Shown: in pieces, positions 37,788 to 47,946 of the stretch
Layout of the letters: every line of letters starts with the position of its first letter
Position numbering within the stretch: position 1 is the stretch's first letter
Assembly (NCBI GenBank): GCA_945900795.1
Contig: CAMDJN010000002.1
Span: 1 to 58,404, forward strand
Length of the DNA: 58,404 bases
Direction of reading: 5' to 3'
From: Rickettsia typhi
Lineage (GTDB): Bacteria; Pseudomonadota; Alphaproteobacteria; Rickettsiales; UBA1997
The notes under the pieces: model-generated
The model's input: only the letters and a program-made list of their open reading frames with translations
What the model was told of the DNA's origin: nothing
Database searches by the model: none
Program-made: the position numbers and the translations under genes

Positions 37788-40307
37788 TTACTCATTCATT
37801 GAATCAATCCTTCGTTGCAACTCTAAATCCTTTTCCCTCATCTTCTGTTTTTCTTCAGTAATTCTAGATTTTTCTAACCCCTCCAAAACTTCAAAAAATT
37901 TAGGTAGCCACGATTCGGGCTTAGGCTTTCGCGCGCCTATTTTATCGGAGGATAGAATTTCATTCATCGCTGCGAGGGTTACAGAATCTGCAGAAAGAAT
38001 TTTTAAGAACGGTAAGCATCCGCTAAGGTCTAGGGATGAAGCGATTGATGCAGATGATTTTATAAGTAAAAAATGCTTAGTTCCGCTATTAACCGCGGTA
38101 ATGATTTCAGTCTGTCCATCGCTGAGTCCAAAATTATTTTTATAGCAGGAGATGTCAGATTCAGAAGCGTTGTCATTACGCATAAAAATTTCTGTAGCAA
38201 CATTCTTCCTGATATCGGCGGTAAAGGGACTGTTCTTGATCGAAGCAAGATTATCCGAAGTAAAAATCATGACGCAATTCTTGCTTCTCATTTTTATCAT
38301 CATGTCGGATATTTGTGGTCCAAGAATTTTGCTATCCAAAAAATTCCAGGCATTTTTTAGAACCAGCAAAGTTGGCGATCCATCTAACTCATTTTCGATT
38401 TTATGTAGCAGATAATTTACTACCGGAACCAAGATTGGTTTTTGCGTGGCAATGTCTGTGAGATCGAAAGCGTTTGTGTGTGCAGACCAGTTAATCTCTG
38501 CGGCTAGGTTACTTTTTCCGGTGAAGATGTAGGATAATTTATCATTGTTCCAAACTTTTAATCTCCGGTAAACGATTTGAGTTTCTGGAACGTTAAACAT
38601 CTCTACGGCGGTGGCAAAGCTATCAACGAAAGAAGAGGCGATGCGTTCGGAGATCTGTGATATTGCATCCAACTCATGTTCCGGCACGGGGTCTTTTGCG
38701 AATATTACCAGACTCTTAAAAAAACTTGTCAGAAAGTCTTTATTTCGAATTGAGGTTGGGGTTAGAGTTAGAAACTCTTCGCTGTCAATTTTATTGCGAG
38801 AAATTGTGTGGTATTCGCCTCCGATTGCGCTAATGAAGCATTTGGCGGAATTATCAAAATCTAAATAAAACAATTTGTGTTTTACTCTTCTTGCTTGGCA
38901 GAGTAAAAAATTCAACAATGTTGTCTTGCCAGAATTCTTGGGGCCAATGATCAGAGTGTGCCCCAAATCAAAATCGTGAAAGCTAAAAAAATACGGCGTA
39001 TTTAATGCTGTTTTAAGCATTGTGATGGCTGGTCCCCAATGGTTTTGTAGCATTTTCCCCGTAGGAAAATTATGCAATGCGGCAAAGCCTCCGACTCGCT
39101 TGGTGTCGATGATTTTCTGGCGCTTCAAATAGTGAAAATTTCCCGGCAATTGCGCCCAAAAACAATGTTCAAGAAAGATATCTTCCCTAACCGTTACAAG
39201 TCCCAAAAATCCGAGTTGCTCAATGATCATTTTCACATCCTCTTCCAGATGTTTATGAGAGTTGTTAATCAACATCATGGTAGTTTGTAGTTGTCCATAA
39301 TCAGTCTCTAAGCCGTCTTTGTCCTCAATAAAATCTTCGATTCCACTCAGGCTACGAAAGTCTTCATCACCGCTAACGCGCAATATGTAATCTGCATATT
39401 TATGCTGTGCCAAATCTTTTTTGTTAAAAGAGAAATCAAAAGATTGAGTGATGATGAATTCGAAAGGGAGTTGAAGAATTCGGTCTAGAGATGTTACAGA
39501 AATTTCGAGATATTCTTTAACGGATAAAATCGCGGCAAAGTTTTTGTGATCATGTCCCGATACTTCTAATTCGCGGTCTCCGAAGGCCATTCTATGATTG
39601 GCGAGTTCGTAAGAAATATCATTGGTGGTGAGGGGATAGCGATCCTCGTAAAGATTCAGAATTTTTCCAAAGAACCTCATCTGCTCAGAGTAAAGTACTC
39701 CCTCCCATTCTTTAATGCCCAATAGTTTTGCTCCATGATCCTCTAGGTCAGAAAGGATTAAATTAACAACTTCCGTCAATTTTTTATGTGATTTTGCGAG
39801 AAATTCTCCGTGAAGACTTTTTGTGTAGATGTAAGAAAATGAACGAAGAAACCCGTGTAAATTTGTGATGGAAGTGTCGAATCCTTCGATGATGATGGTT
39901 ATGTAAAGTTCATTTACATATTGATCGTTCCAGCCGTTCTGCTGGATCCAAGACTTATTTACCTCTGCTGAAAAAAAATCGCTGAACTGACTTTTTCTCT
40001 CAATTTCTGAGATGATATTTTTTTTGCGTCTGATGGTGTTAAACCAAAAAGCGAATTTATTTTCTTTAATGTGATCAGTGATGCTTTCGCGTACCAACTC
40101 GCGCAATGCAATGAATTCCGAAGCGGTTGAACTATTTTCAAATCCGGTGATGCGAATGATTTTCATCAATTCGCCATTTTTAGTGAGGATGGTATTTTCG
40201 TCGTAATGACAGACGTAAGGGATGAAGCCCTGATCTGGCGTTTTCACAGCCAGCTTCTTCGGATTAGTTTTTCTTTTGCCAAATAGGAGATTTAGAGGAG
40301 ATTCCAT
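37788..40307 (-). CDS. virB4: Type IV secretion ATPase VirB4 paralogue, isolated from other T4SS genes
   Basis: 839 aa with a VirB4 N-domain (FIPYVCHYDENTILTKNGELMKIIRITG) and Walker A GPKNSGKT. The expected hhhhDEaW Walker B reads LLVLKNAW. Confidence 0.8.
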   Translation of the reverse strand: MESPLNLLFGKRKTNPKKLAVKTPDQGFIPYVCHYDENTILTKNGELMKIIRITGFENSSTASEFIALRELVRESITDHIKENKFAFWFNTIRRKKNIISEIERKSQFSDFFSAEVNKSWIQQNGWNDQYVNELYITIIIEGFDTSITNLHGFLRSFSYIYTKSLHGEFLAKSHKKLTEVVNLILSDLEDHGAKLLGIKEWEGVLYSEQMRFFGKILNLYEDRYPLTTNDISYELANHRMAFGDRELEVSGHDHKNFAAILSVKEYLEISVTSLDRILQLPFEFIITQSFDFSFNKKDLAQHKYADYILRVSGDEDFRSLSGIEDFIEDKDGLETDYGQLQTTMMLINNSHKHLEEDVKMIIEQLGFLGLVTVREDIFLEHCFWAQLPGNFHYLKRQKIIDTKRVGGFAALHNFPTGKMLQNHWGPAITMLKTALNTPYFFSFHDFDLGHTLIIGPKNSGKTTLLNFLLCQARRVKHKLFYLDFDNSAKCFISAIGGEYHTISRNKIDSEEFLTLTPTSIRNKDFLTSFFKSLVIFAKDPVPEHELDAISQISERIASSFVDSFATAVEMFNVPETQIVYRRLKVWNNDKLSYIFTGKSNLAAEINWSAHTNAFDLTDIATQKPILVPVVNYLLHKIENELDGSPTLLVLKNAWNFLDSKILGPQISDMMIKMRSKNCVMIFTSDNLASIKNSPFTADIRKNVATEIFMRNDNASESDISCYKNNFGLSDGQTEIITAVNSGTKHFLLIKSSASIASSLDLSGCLPFLKILSADSVTLAAMNEILSSDKIGARKPKPESWLPKFFEVLEGLEKSRITEEKQKMREKDLELQRRIDSMNE

Positions 40308-40348
40308 CTAGTTTTTGTGAGTATTTTTCTCTTTTTCTTCAACGAATC

Positions 40349-40488
40349 TATACCAAACACGATTGAAGATACCGAACTCTGTTTGGTATATGGGGACCCC
40401 ACAAGCCAAGAATTCTTGGGGGGCGCGACTCGTGTCGCGTAAAAATAAAAAATATACCCAATCAACTTCTTGAAGTTGATTGGGTATA
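40349..40488 (+). repeat. Modular palindromic repeat, copy 3 (best-preserved module C)
   Basis: Lies between the gltA stop and the virB4 start. Module C has a perfect 16-bp stem, TATACCCAATCAACTT/AAGTTGATTGGGTATA. Confidence 0.9.
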
Positions 40489-40533
40489 AGAGTCTGTTCC
40501 AGATCTTTTATTGCGACATAAACTTAACAACGA

Positions 40534-41823
40534 CTAGCGGGATTTTATTTCAACATATTCTCGCTCTACATATCCAGTGTAAAGTTGCCTTGGTCTGCCA
40601 ATTTTAAACAAAGGGTCTTCGATCATTTCTTTCCATTGCGCAACCCAGCCGGCGGAGCGTGCTACGGCGAAGATTACGGGGAATAGGGTGGATGGAATTC
40701 CAAGGGCCTTGTAGATGATTCCAGAATAGAAGTCGACATTCGGGAAGAGCTTGCGTGAGACGAAGTAATCATCGCTCAAAGCAATTTTTTCTAGCTCGAT
40801 TGCAATTTCAAGAAGTGGGTCGTTTTTTATTCCGAGTTCAGCCAAAACTTCATCGCAAGCTTTTTTTAGTACTGCGGCACGGGGGTCATAATTCTTGTAA
40901 ACACGGTGTCCGAAGCCCATCAAGCGGAATGAATCATTTTTGTCTTTGGCGCGTTTGATGAATTCTGGAATGCGATCTTTTGACCCAATTTCTTGTAACA
41001 TTTCGATTACTTCTTCATTTGCCCCGCCATGTGCCGGACCCCAAAGTGAAGAAATTCCTGCGCCGATGCAGGCGAACGGATTGGCTCCAGATGAGCCTGC
41101 AAGGCGTACGGTTGAAGTTGAAGCATTTTGTTCGTGGTCAGCGTGAAGAATAAAAATCATCTCCATTGCGCGTGCAATTGTTGGGCTAATTTTGTATTCG
41201 TGAGTCGGATTGGCGAAAAGCATGTGCAGAAAGTTTTCTGCAAAACCAAGCTCGTGACGCGGGTAGATTATTGGCTCGCCGATTGAGTATTTATATGCCA
41301 TTGCAGCCAATGTTGGCATCTTGGCAATGATTTTGTAAACGACATCCATGCGGCCATCTTTTGAACGAATGTCAGTTGTTTCGTGGTAAAATGCAGAAAG
41401 AGACGCTACCGATCCAACCATGATTGCCATGGGATGGGCGCGTCTTGGAAACCCTCGTAGCAAAATGTTAATTTGCTCGTGAATCAAAACTTCTTTTTTC
41501 ACGCTGTCTTTGAAGACTTGATATTGCTCGCGTGAAGGCAATTCGTGATTTAGTAAAAGGTAAGCAACTTCCAGAAATTCACTTTTTTTAGCTAGCTCTT
41601 CGATCGAGTAACCACCGTGCCTCAAGAAGCCTTTGTCTCCATCGATGAAAGTGATTTTTGATTCACAGGCGGCTGTTGAAAGAAAGCCTGGATCGTAAGT
41701 GAACATGCCGCTTTCTTTGTAGAGCGATGAAATATCAATAACATCCTGACCAACGGTTGCTTGATGAATTGGTAAGTTAATTTCTTTTCCCCCGGGCAGA
41801 GTAAGTTTAGCAAAATTTGTCAT
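40534..41823 (-). CDS. gltA: Citrate synthase
   Basis: 429 aa with [12 protein letters not shown] and GFGHRVYK motifs. Confidence 0.95.
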   Translation of the reverse strand: MTNFAKLTLPGGKEINLPIHQATVGQDVIDISSLYKESGMFTYDPGFLSTAACESKITFIDGDKGFLRHGGYSIEELAKKSEFLEVAYLLLNHELPSREQYQVFKDSVKKEVLIHEQINILLRGFPRRAHPMAIMVGSVASLSAFYHETTDIRSKDGRMDVVYKIIAKMPTLAAMAYKYSIGEPIIYPRHELGFAENFLHMLFANPTHEYKISPTIARAMEMIFILHADHEQNASTSTVRLAGSSGANPFACIGAGISSLWGPAHGGANEEVIEMLQEIGSKDRIPEFIKRAKDKNDSFRLMGFGHRVYKNYDPRAAVLKKACDEVLAELGIKNDPLLEIAIELEKIALSDDYFVSRKLFPNVDFYSGIIYKALGIPSTLFPVIFAVARSAGWVAQWKEMIEDPLFKIGRPRQLYTGYVEREYVEIKSR

Positions 41824-41831
41824 GCGTAAGT

Positions 41832-43586
41832 CTATTTGGATTTATCGATTTTTTTTGTAATTACTGCCTGTTGTAGAATTGAAAGCACGTTGCTCCAGGT
41901 CCAGTAAATCACTAACCCCGCAGGAAATGCGGCTAACACGAAAGTCAAAACATAGGGCATGAATTTCATGATTTTTTCTTGAGTAGGATCAGAAGTTGCT
42001 GGGCTGAGCTTCTGTTGAATAACCATGGTAACGCCCATCAAGATTGGCCAAATCCCGATTGTAAAAGCGCTACTTACTCCAAAAGGTAAGAGTCCGAACA
42101 GGTTAAAAATTGAGGTCGGATCTGGAGCTGATAGATCGTGAATCCAGCCGTAGAATGGCGTGTGACGCATATCAAGCGTAACAAAAATTACTTTGTAGAG
42201 AGCGAAAAAAACAGGAATTTGGATCAAAATCGGTAAACATCCCGAGGCCGGATTGACCTTTTCTTTTTTGTAAAGCTCCATCATCTCACGATTAAAAGCT
42301 ACTCTGTCGCCTTTCAGTTTTTCACGTAGCGCCTCAATTTTGGGTTGTAATTTTTTTACTTTAGCAATTGTGGCGTAAGACTTATTTGCCATTGGAAACA
42401 ATGCCAGCTTGACCAGAACGGTCATTGCTAAAATTGCTAACCCAAAATTTCCAAGAAATTTATACAAAAATTCAATGATGAAAAAAAATGGTTTTGTTAA
42501 GAAATAAAACCAACCGAAGTCAATAGCGCGATCAAAAAATTTGATCCCATACTCTTTGGAATATTGTTCTAGAAGCTCTAATTTCTTAGCGCCGGCAAAG
42601 AAGTGATGATTAAATTCTAACTTTTCATTGCGCGAAATCTTAAATTCCTGAGCAACAAATTCTGAATTAAAAATTCTGTTTTGATTCGAATTCTCCATGC
42701 TGAAGCTAGATTTGTAACTCAGGTTTTTATCTGGTATGATTGAGCTGAGCCAGTATTTATCAGTGATTCCAAGCCACCCACCACCACTACTTTCAAAAGT
42801 TTCCTTCTTTTCTTCGCTTAGTTTTTTGTAACTTGTTTCATGCAAAACCTCAGAAAACACGCCGATTGCCCCTTCATGAAGAATGTAATTTGGCTGGTCT
42901 TTTATATTCAAAATACGATTCACCCTGCCATAGGCAGCAACAGATATTTCTTGGTCTGAGAAGTTTCTAATCGATTGCGTCACAGCAAACATGTAATTTT
43001 CATCAAGAGAGATTTTGATGGAGAATTCGACATTTTGTTTACTCTTCCACGACAAAATTATTGGACTTTGTGGAGTTAAATTTTTGTTGTTGCTTTTCCA
43101 GAGCGTATCTGGTTTTGGCAGTTCTAAACCAGAGCTGGAGCTGATCCACCCGAAATCGACAAAATATCTCTCCTTACTTTCTGCTGGTGAAAGCAAGATA
43201 ACTTCGGATTTTTTTTCCGTCGTAACAAAATATTTGGCGAGGGTTAAGTCATCGAAACGTGCGCCTCGAAGAGAAATTGACCCGTGTAAATTATCGCTGG
43301 CAATGCCGACGCGCTCATTCCTATCTTGTATAATAATGCTGTCGCGATCTTTAACAGCAAGTATTGCGCCCATTTTTTGAGCTTTCGGAGCAATTTCATT
43401 TTTACTTTCGGATAAGACCGAATTGTCAGAATTTGTTTCGCCATTTTTACTGACCTCTTTCATCACAGAAGCTTTCTTTTCTTCCTCCTGTCTCTCCATT
43501 CTTGGTTTCTCGTAGAACCATGTCCAGACAAGCAAAACAAGGATCGAAAGCGTTGTGGCGAGTATGATGTTTTGATTATTTTGCAT
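41832..43586 (-). CDS. yidC: Membrane protein insertase YidC
   Basis: 584 aa with an N-terminal TM helix, a large periplasmic domain and the conserved C-terminal 5-TM core ([16 protein letters not shown]). Confidence 0.9.
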   Translation of the reverse strand: MQNNQNIILATTLSILVLLVWTWFYEKPRMERQEEEKKASVMKEVSKNGETNSDNSVLSESKNEIAPKAQKMGAILAVKDRDSIIIQDRNERVGIASDNLHGSISLRGARFDDLTLAKYFVTTEKKSEVILLSPAESKERYFVDFGWISSSSGLELPKPDTLWKSNNKNLTPQSPIILSWKSKQNVEFSIKISLDENYMFAVTQSIRNFSDQEISVAAYGRVNRILNIKDQPNYILHEGAIGVFSEVLHETSYKKLSEEKKETFESSGGGWLGITDKYWLSSIIPDKNLSYKSSFSMENSNQNRIFNSEFVAQEFKISRNEKLEFNHHFFAGAKKLELLEQYSKEYGIKFFDRAIDFGWFYFLTKPFFFIIEFLYKFLGNFGLAILAMTVLVKLALFPMANKSYATIAKVKKLQPKIEALREKLKGDRVAFNREMMELYKKEKVNPASGCLPILIQIPVFFALYKVIFVTLDMRHTPFYGWIHDLSAPDPTSIFNLFGLLPFGVSSAFTIGIWPILMGVTMVIQQKLSPATSDPTQEKIMKFMPYVLTFVLAAFPAGLVIYWTWSNVLSILQQAVITKKIDKSK

Positions 43587-43740
43587 TGAAAAATTCTAAT
43601 TTTTAGAGGTGCCCTAGAAAAGGCCGATCTATGACTTCCTCAGGTGGAATGGGCGTAGAGGGCAGTGATTTGATTTATGAGCGCTGCCAGATTCGCGTCT
43701 TTTTACAAATCAAATTCTGTTAAATCACAATGCAAACCGA

Positions 43741-43895
43741 GCCTGTCTAGCATCTTTTTAAGCCACAGATTTTGGTATGTTTTTAGCGCTTTTTTGACAA
43801 AATTACGACACGTATCTGGAAATACGTCAAGTAATTTTGTTAAAAAATAAGCAAACACAGGACGGAATCTGGGGCTTAAAAAGATGCTAGACAGG
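43741..43895. repeat. MITE-like 155-bp element with 23-bp terminal inverted repeats
   Basis: GCCTGTCTAGCATCTTTTTAAGCC (43741-43764) against GGCTTAAAAAGATGCTAGACAGG (43873-43895): a 23-nt perfect inverted match separated by 108 bp. Confidence 0.7.
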
Positions 43896-43924
43896 TTCTT
43901 AGACATCGCGTTCCGCAACACGCC

Positions 43925-45232
43925 CTAAGCCCTTTTCTCCTTTGTTGGATGCGCTACTGAAATAGTTTTTTTACCTTCTTTTTCTTCGATCTCCTTGTCG
44001 TTGAAATATGTGACTTCAGGTGGCTTTTTATGAGTGATAGAATCCTTCGTAACCCTCACCGATTTTACATTTTTCTTTGAAGGAATTTCAAACATTGTAT
44101 CTAGCAAAATATTTTCTGCTATGGCGCGAAGCCCTCTGGCACCGGTTTTGCGCTCAAGTGCTTGTTTGGCAATTTCTCGCAAAGCATCCTTATCAAACTT
44201 CAACTCTACCTTATCGAGAGCGAATAATCTGCCATATTGTTTTGTTATGGAATTTTTTGGTTCTTCAAGAATCAAAACCATATCCTCTTCGTTTAAACCT
44301 TCAAGCGGAGCAAGAATGGGAAGCCTTCCGACGATTTCAGGAATTAGGCCGAATTTGATTAAATCTTCCGGACGAACATCGTTAAACACGTCTTTACGAC
44401 TAGAGTCATCCTTCTCCCGAACATCGGCACCGAATCCAATTGTTGAATTGATCCCGCGCGAAATAATGATTTTCTCAAGACCGGAAAACGAACCAGCGCA
44501 GATGAACAGGATGTTTCGAGTATCAACTTGAACATATTCTTGCTGAGGTGTTCTTTTGCCCGGCTGAGTCGGAACTGATGCAACGGTGCCCTCAATGATC
44601 TTTAATAAGCCTTGCTGTACGCCTTCTCCTGAAATATCGCGTCTCGTATTATCTTCGGATTTGCGGGCAATTTTATCGATTTCGTCTATGTAAACTATGC
44701 CTCGTTGAGTCTTGTCGATGTCGTAATTTGCTGCCTGTAGAAGACGCGCAATGATATTTTCCACATCGTCCCCAACGTAACCAGCCTCAGTAAGAGAGGT
44801 TGCGTCTGCCAGGGTGAAGGGAACGTCAAGAATTTTTGCTAAAGTTTGTGCGAGCAGGGTTTTACCAACTCCCGTAGGTCCAACCATCAAAATATTCGAC
44901 TTACTGATTTCAGCGTCAGAAGAAGAGGTGGATTCAATTGCGTCGATGCGTTTGTAGTGGTTGTAGACCGCAACCGATAAAACTTTTTTGGTATGATATT
45001 GTCCGACCACATACTCATCCAAGATTTTAACAATTTCTTTTGGAGTGGTTTTGATGCCATCTTTGCGTAGAGGCGACTTTTTGTTTTCCTCACGCAATAT
45101 GTCCATGCTTATGCTGATGCACTCGTTGCAAATTAGAGCTGTTGGTCCCGCAATCAATTTTTTTACTTCATTCTGGGACTTGCCACAGAATGAACAGGAA
45201 ATGTCTTTTTCGTTGTCGGATTTTTTGTTCAT
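43925..45232 (-). CDS. clpX: ATP-dependent Clp protease ATP-binding subunit ClpX
   Basis: 435 aa with zinc-finger CSFCGK..C..C, Walker A GPTGVGKT and DEIDK. Confidence 0.95.
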   Translation of the reverse strand: MNKKSDNEKDISCSFCGKSQNEVKKLIAGPTALICNECISISMDILREENKKSPLRKDGIKTTPKEIVKILDEYVVGQYHTKKVLSVAVYNHYKRIDAIESTSSSDAEISKSNILMVGPTGVGKTLLAQTLAKILDVPFTLADATSLTEAGYVGDDVENIIARLLQAANYDIDKTQRGIVYIDEIDKIARKSEDNTRRDISGEGVQQGLLKIIEGTVASVPTQPGKRTPQQEYVQVDTRNILFICAGSFSGLEKIIISRGINSTIGFGADVREKDDSSRKDVFNDVRPEDLIKFGLIPEIVGRLPILAPLEGLNEEDMVLILEEPKNSITKQYGRLFALDKVELKFDKDALREIAKQALERKTGARGLRAIAENILLDTMFEIPSKKNVKSVRVTKDSITHKKPPEVTYFNDKEIEEKEGKKTISVAHPTKEKRA

Positions 45233-45255
45233 TTGCCTGCGTGATTTTAAATTTC

Positions 45256-45381
45256 TATACCAAACACGATTGAAGATACCGAACTCTGTTTGGCATATGG
45301 GGACCCCACAAGGTGGGGCGCGACTCGTGTCGCGTAAAAATAAAAAATATACCCAATCAACTTCTTGAAGTTGGTTAGATA
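45256..45381 (+). repeat. Modular palindromic repeat, copy 4 (shortened module B), in the clpP-clpX spacer
   Basis: Modules A, B and C are present. The 3' end of module C contains the clpP stop codon (45375-45377). Confidence 0.9.
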
Positions 45382-46004
45382 TGCCCTTTTATATCAGGTC
45401 TTTTTTCGATGACCTCATCGATAAGACCAAATTCTTTGGCCATTTCCGGAGACATGAAATTGTCACGCTCCATTGATTTTTCGATGAAAGCAAATTTCTG
45501 TTTAGTGTGTTTGGCGTAGATTTCGTTTAATCTCTTTTTAAGAGCCATCGTTTCTTGAGCGTGAATCTCGATGTCTGTTGCTTGTCCGCGGTAACCGCCG
45601 GAAGGCTGATGGATCATGATGCGTGAATTTGGCAGAGAAAATCTTTTGCCGTGAGCGCCGGCCATTAAAAGTAGCGAGCCTGCGGAAGCGGCCTGCCCAA
45701 CACAAACGGTTGCAATATCAGGCTTAACATATTGCATAGTGTCATACATTGCGAGGCCAGATGTCACAATGCCTCCAGGTGAATTGATGTAGAGATAAAT
45801 ATCTTTTTTTGGATCTTCCGATTCAAGAAATAAAAGTTGTGCGATCACTAAAGAAGCGACTTGGTCATTCACTGGTCCGCACAAAAAAACTATTCTTTCC
45901 TTTAAGAGGCGTGAGTAAATGTCAAAAGATCTCTCACCTTTTGCAGTTTGCTCAACAACCATTGGAATCAAATAACTAGCCTGTTCAGGAATCATTTCTG
46001 ACAT
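45375..46004 (-). CDS. clpP: ATP-dependent Clp protease proteolytic subunit ClpP
   Basis: I prefer the start at 46004 (MSEMIPEQ..), giving 209 aa. Contains [10 protein letters not shown] (Ser) and IHQP (His) motifs. The upstream extension in the ORF track is unlikely to be translated. Confidence 0.9.
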   Translation of the reverse strand: MSEMIPEQASYLIPMVVEQTAKGERSFDIYSRLLKERIVFLCGPVNDQVASLVIAQLLFLESEDPKKDIYLYINSPGGIVTSGLAMYDTMQYVKPDIATVCVGQAASAGSLLLMAGAHGKRFSLPNSRIMIHQPSGGYRGQATDIEIHAQETMALKKRLNEIYAKHTKQKFAFIEKSMERDNFMSPEMAKEFGLIDEVIEKRPDIKGHI

Positions 46005-46113
46005 GTGTGAAAATTTTAAGTTGGAAAATATTTTAAATCGCCTGCAACCTAAAATTTGAAAAAATTTAAAGCAACCTGGTTGCTTTGCTTCAAACTGTAA
46101 ACTCAACCAAAAA

Positions 46114-46695
46114 GTGAAAATGCAAGAAAATCAAACTACGAAAACCGATCAAGAATCACAAATTGAGGCAGTAGAAAACAAGTCGGAAGACATTTCTTTT
46201 GCGGATGAGATGAAAAAAATGGAAGAGAAAATCATTGAGTTGGAACAAAAAAATTCTGAAGCGAATGATAAAATTTTGCGGGCCTTTGCCGAGTTAGACA
46301 ACGTGCGCAGAAGGCATCGTGAGGAAATTGAAAAATCTGCAAAATTTGCGATTTCTGGTTTTGTTGGTGATTTGGTGGTTGCTGTCGAGCATTTCTTTTT
46401 GGCTTGCGAGAATCTTCCGGTTGAAGAAATTGAGCAAAGTCCGAAAGTAAAAAATTTCACCGATGCGATCGTGATGACCAAGAAGGAGATGATGAAAATA
46501 TTGGAAAAGAATCAAGTAAAAAGGATTTGCCCACTTGACGAAAAATTCGATCATAACTTGCACGAGGCAGTGAGTCAGGTTGTAAGCGATGTTGAAGAGG
46601 GGACCATTTTGCATGTTATTCAAGCTGGATATTCCATAGCCGAACGTTTAATTAGGCCAGCTTTGGTAAGTGTTGCTAAGAAGTCTTCCGATTAA
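46114..46695 (+). CDS. grpE: Nucleotide exchange factor GrpE
   Basis: 193 aa with a coiled-coil N-terminal region and AELDNVRRR and HEAV motifs. Confidence 0.85.
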   Translation: MKMQENQTTKTDQESQIEAVENKSEDISFADEMKKMEEKIIELEQKNSEANDKILRAFAELDNVRRRHREEIEKSAKFAISGFVGDLVVAVEHFFLACENLPVEEIEQSPKVKNFTDAIVMTKKEMMKILEKNQVKRICPLDEKFDHNLHEAVSQVVSDVEEGTILHVIQAGYSIAERLIRPALVSVAKKSSD

Positions 46696-46739
46696 TTCTT
46701 GCAAAAAACTAACCCCGATTCAGAACCTTACCTCATTGT

Positions 46740-46815
46740 GGGATTGTAGCTCAGCGGTTAGAGCAGGATGCTCATAACGTCTTGGTCGTAGGTTCGATTC
46801 CTACCAATCCCACCA
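46740..46815 (+). tRNA. tRNA with CAT anticodon (elongator Met, or Ile2 if lysidine-modified), CCA encoded
   Basis: Manual cloverleaf: acceptor GGGATTG/CAATCCC, D arm GCTC/GAGC, anticodon loop CTCATAA, T arm GTAGG-TTCGATT-CCTAC, discriminator A, then CCA. It lacks the initiator hallmark of three G-C pairs in the anticodon stem. Confidence 0.85.
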
Positions 46816-46968
46816 TCACTACCGCAAGCCTTACGTAGGACAAACTAATGGAACAAAGCTTTATTTGTTTTGTGTTGGTCCTACCAAAAGCTTTTTTATG
46901 GAACCATGGGTTAAAGGCTTTCTACCTGTGGATCTGCAAATTTTTAACTAACTAAATTTTCAAACGAT

Positions 46969-47172
46969 ATGCCAAAAATGAAGACGAATAGCAGTGCTAA
47001 GAAGCGATTCAAAGTGACTGGTACTGGTAAAGTTGTCCACAAACAGGCGGGCAAAAGACATAATCTGAATAAAAAAAGTCAGACGAGAATAAGAAATTTG
47101 CGTAAATCTGCAGTGCTTGCGGATGGAGAAACCGCAAGTGTTCTCAAGTATAAGATGCCATATAATCGCTAA
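46969..47172 (+). CDS. rpmI: 50S ribosomal protein L35
   Basis: 67 aa, MPKMKTNSSAKKRFK..., highly basic. Confidence 0.9.
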   Translation: MPKMKTNSSAKKRFKVTGTGKVVHKQAGKRHNLNKKSQTRIRNLRKSAVLADGETASVLKYKMPYNR

Positions 47173-47192
47173 TAAAATTTTAAAAAAATAAC

Positions 47193-47555
47193 ATGAGTCG
47201 TGTAAAAAGAGGCGTTACAAAAAAAGCCAGACATAAGAAAATTTTAAAAATGGCAAAAGGCTATCGCGGCCGCGCCAAAAATTGTTTTCGTATTGCTATT
47301 GAGAAAGTTGAGAAGGCGTTGCGCTATGCCTACAGGGATCGTAGAACCAAAAAGCGTGATTTTCGCGCATTGTGGATTCAACGTATCAATGCCGCTGTAA
47401 GAGAGCATGGCCTGATCTATTCTAGATTCATCAATGGCCTAAAAATCGCGAATATTGACATCGATCGTAAGATTCTTGCAGACCTTGCAGTCAATGAACC
47501 CGAGGCTTTTGTAAAAATTATTGAGAAGGTAAAAATAGCTTCAACGAAAAATTAA
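47193..47555 (+). CDS. rplT: 50S ribosomal protein L20
   Basis: 120 aa, [23 protein letters not shown]. Confidence 0.95.
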   Translation: MSRVKRGVTKKARHKKILKMAKGYRGRAKNCFRIAIEKVEKALRYAYRDRRTKKRDFRALWIQRINAAVREHGLIYSRFINGLKIANIDIDRKILADLAVNEPEAFVKIIEKVKIASTKN

Positions 47556-47556
47556 A

Positions 47557-47946
47557 ATGAAGCTCTACAGCGCGCTAATTAAAAAGAATGATGAAGAAAA
47601 AATCTCCGACATAGTTTTGTTGAGGGATGGTTTTTCTCTTTCGGCATTTTTATTTAGCGGGCTGTGGTTCCTTTATCACCGCATGTGGCGAGAGTTTTTA
47701 GTGGTATTGTTGGTGAATGTTGTCATAACGTATTGCGATAAATTTTCTACCTTTGATAAGGTCTTCCTACAACTCTCTCTAGCGTTGCTAATCGCAATTA
47801 ACGCTAATCAATGGCTTGTAGATCATCTAAGAAAACATGATCATACAATCGCAGGCTTTGCGTTAGGAGGGGATAAAGACGAGGCGAAAATGCAGTTTAT
47901 CACAAGTATGAAGCTAAAGATATCAGACCTGGCTCCTGTAGCATGA
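47557..47946 (+). CDS. DUF2628-like small membrane protein
   Basis: 129 aa with LLRDGFSLSAFLFSGLWFLYHRMW and two TM helices. Confidence 0.5.
   Translation: MKLYSALIKKNDEEKISDIVLLRDGFSLSAFLFSGLWFLYHRMWREFLVVLLVNVVITYCDKFSTFDKVFLQLSLALLIAINANQWLVDHLRKHDHTIAGFALGGDKDEAKMQFITSMKLKISDLAPVA

Noticed and set aside
43703-43921. 72-aa ORF between yidC and clpX
   Set aside because: It spans both arms of the 23-bp inverted repeat of the MITE-like element and has no recognisable motif, so it is more likely non-coding.
46005-46106. N-terminal 34-aa extension of clpP in the ORF track
   Set aside because: ClpP homology begins at MSEMIPEQ (ATG at 46004). The extension has no conservation features and would consume the spacer shared with divergent grpE.
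46816-46968. Hairpin (GTAGGAC...GTCCTAC) upstream of rpmI as a possible L20-responsive leader
   Set aside because: It has a single imperfect stem and no recognisable mimic of the L20 binding site, and it could equally be the tRNA terminator.
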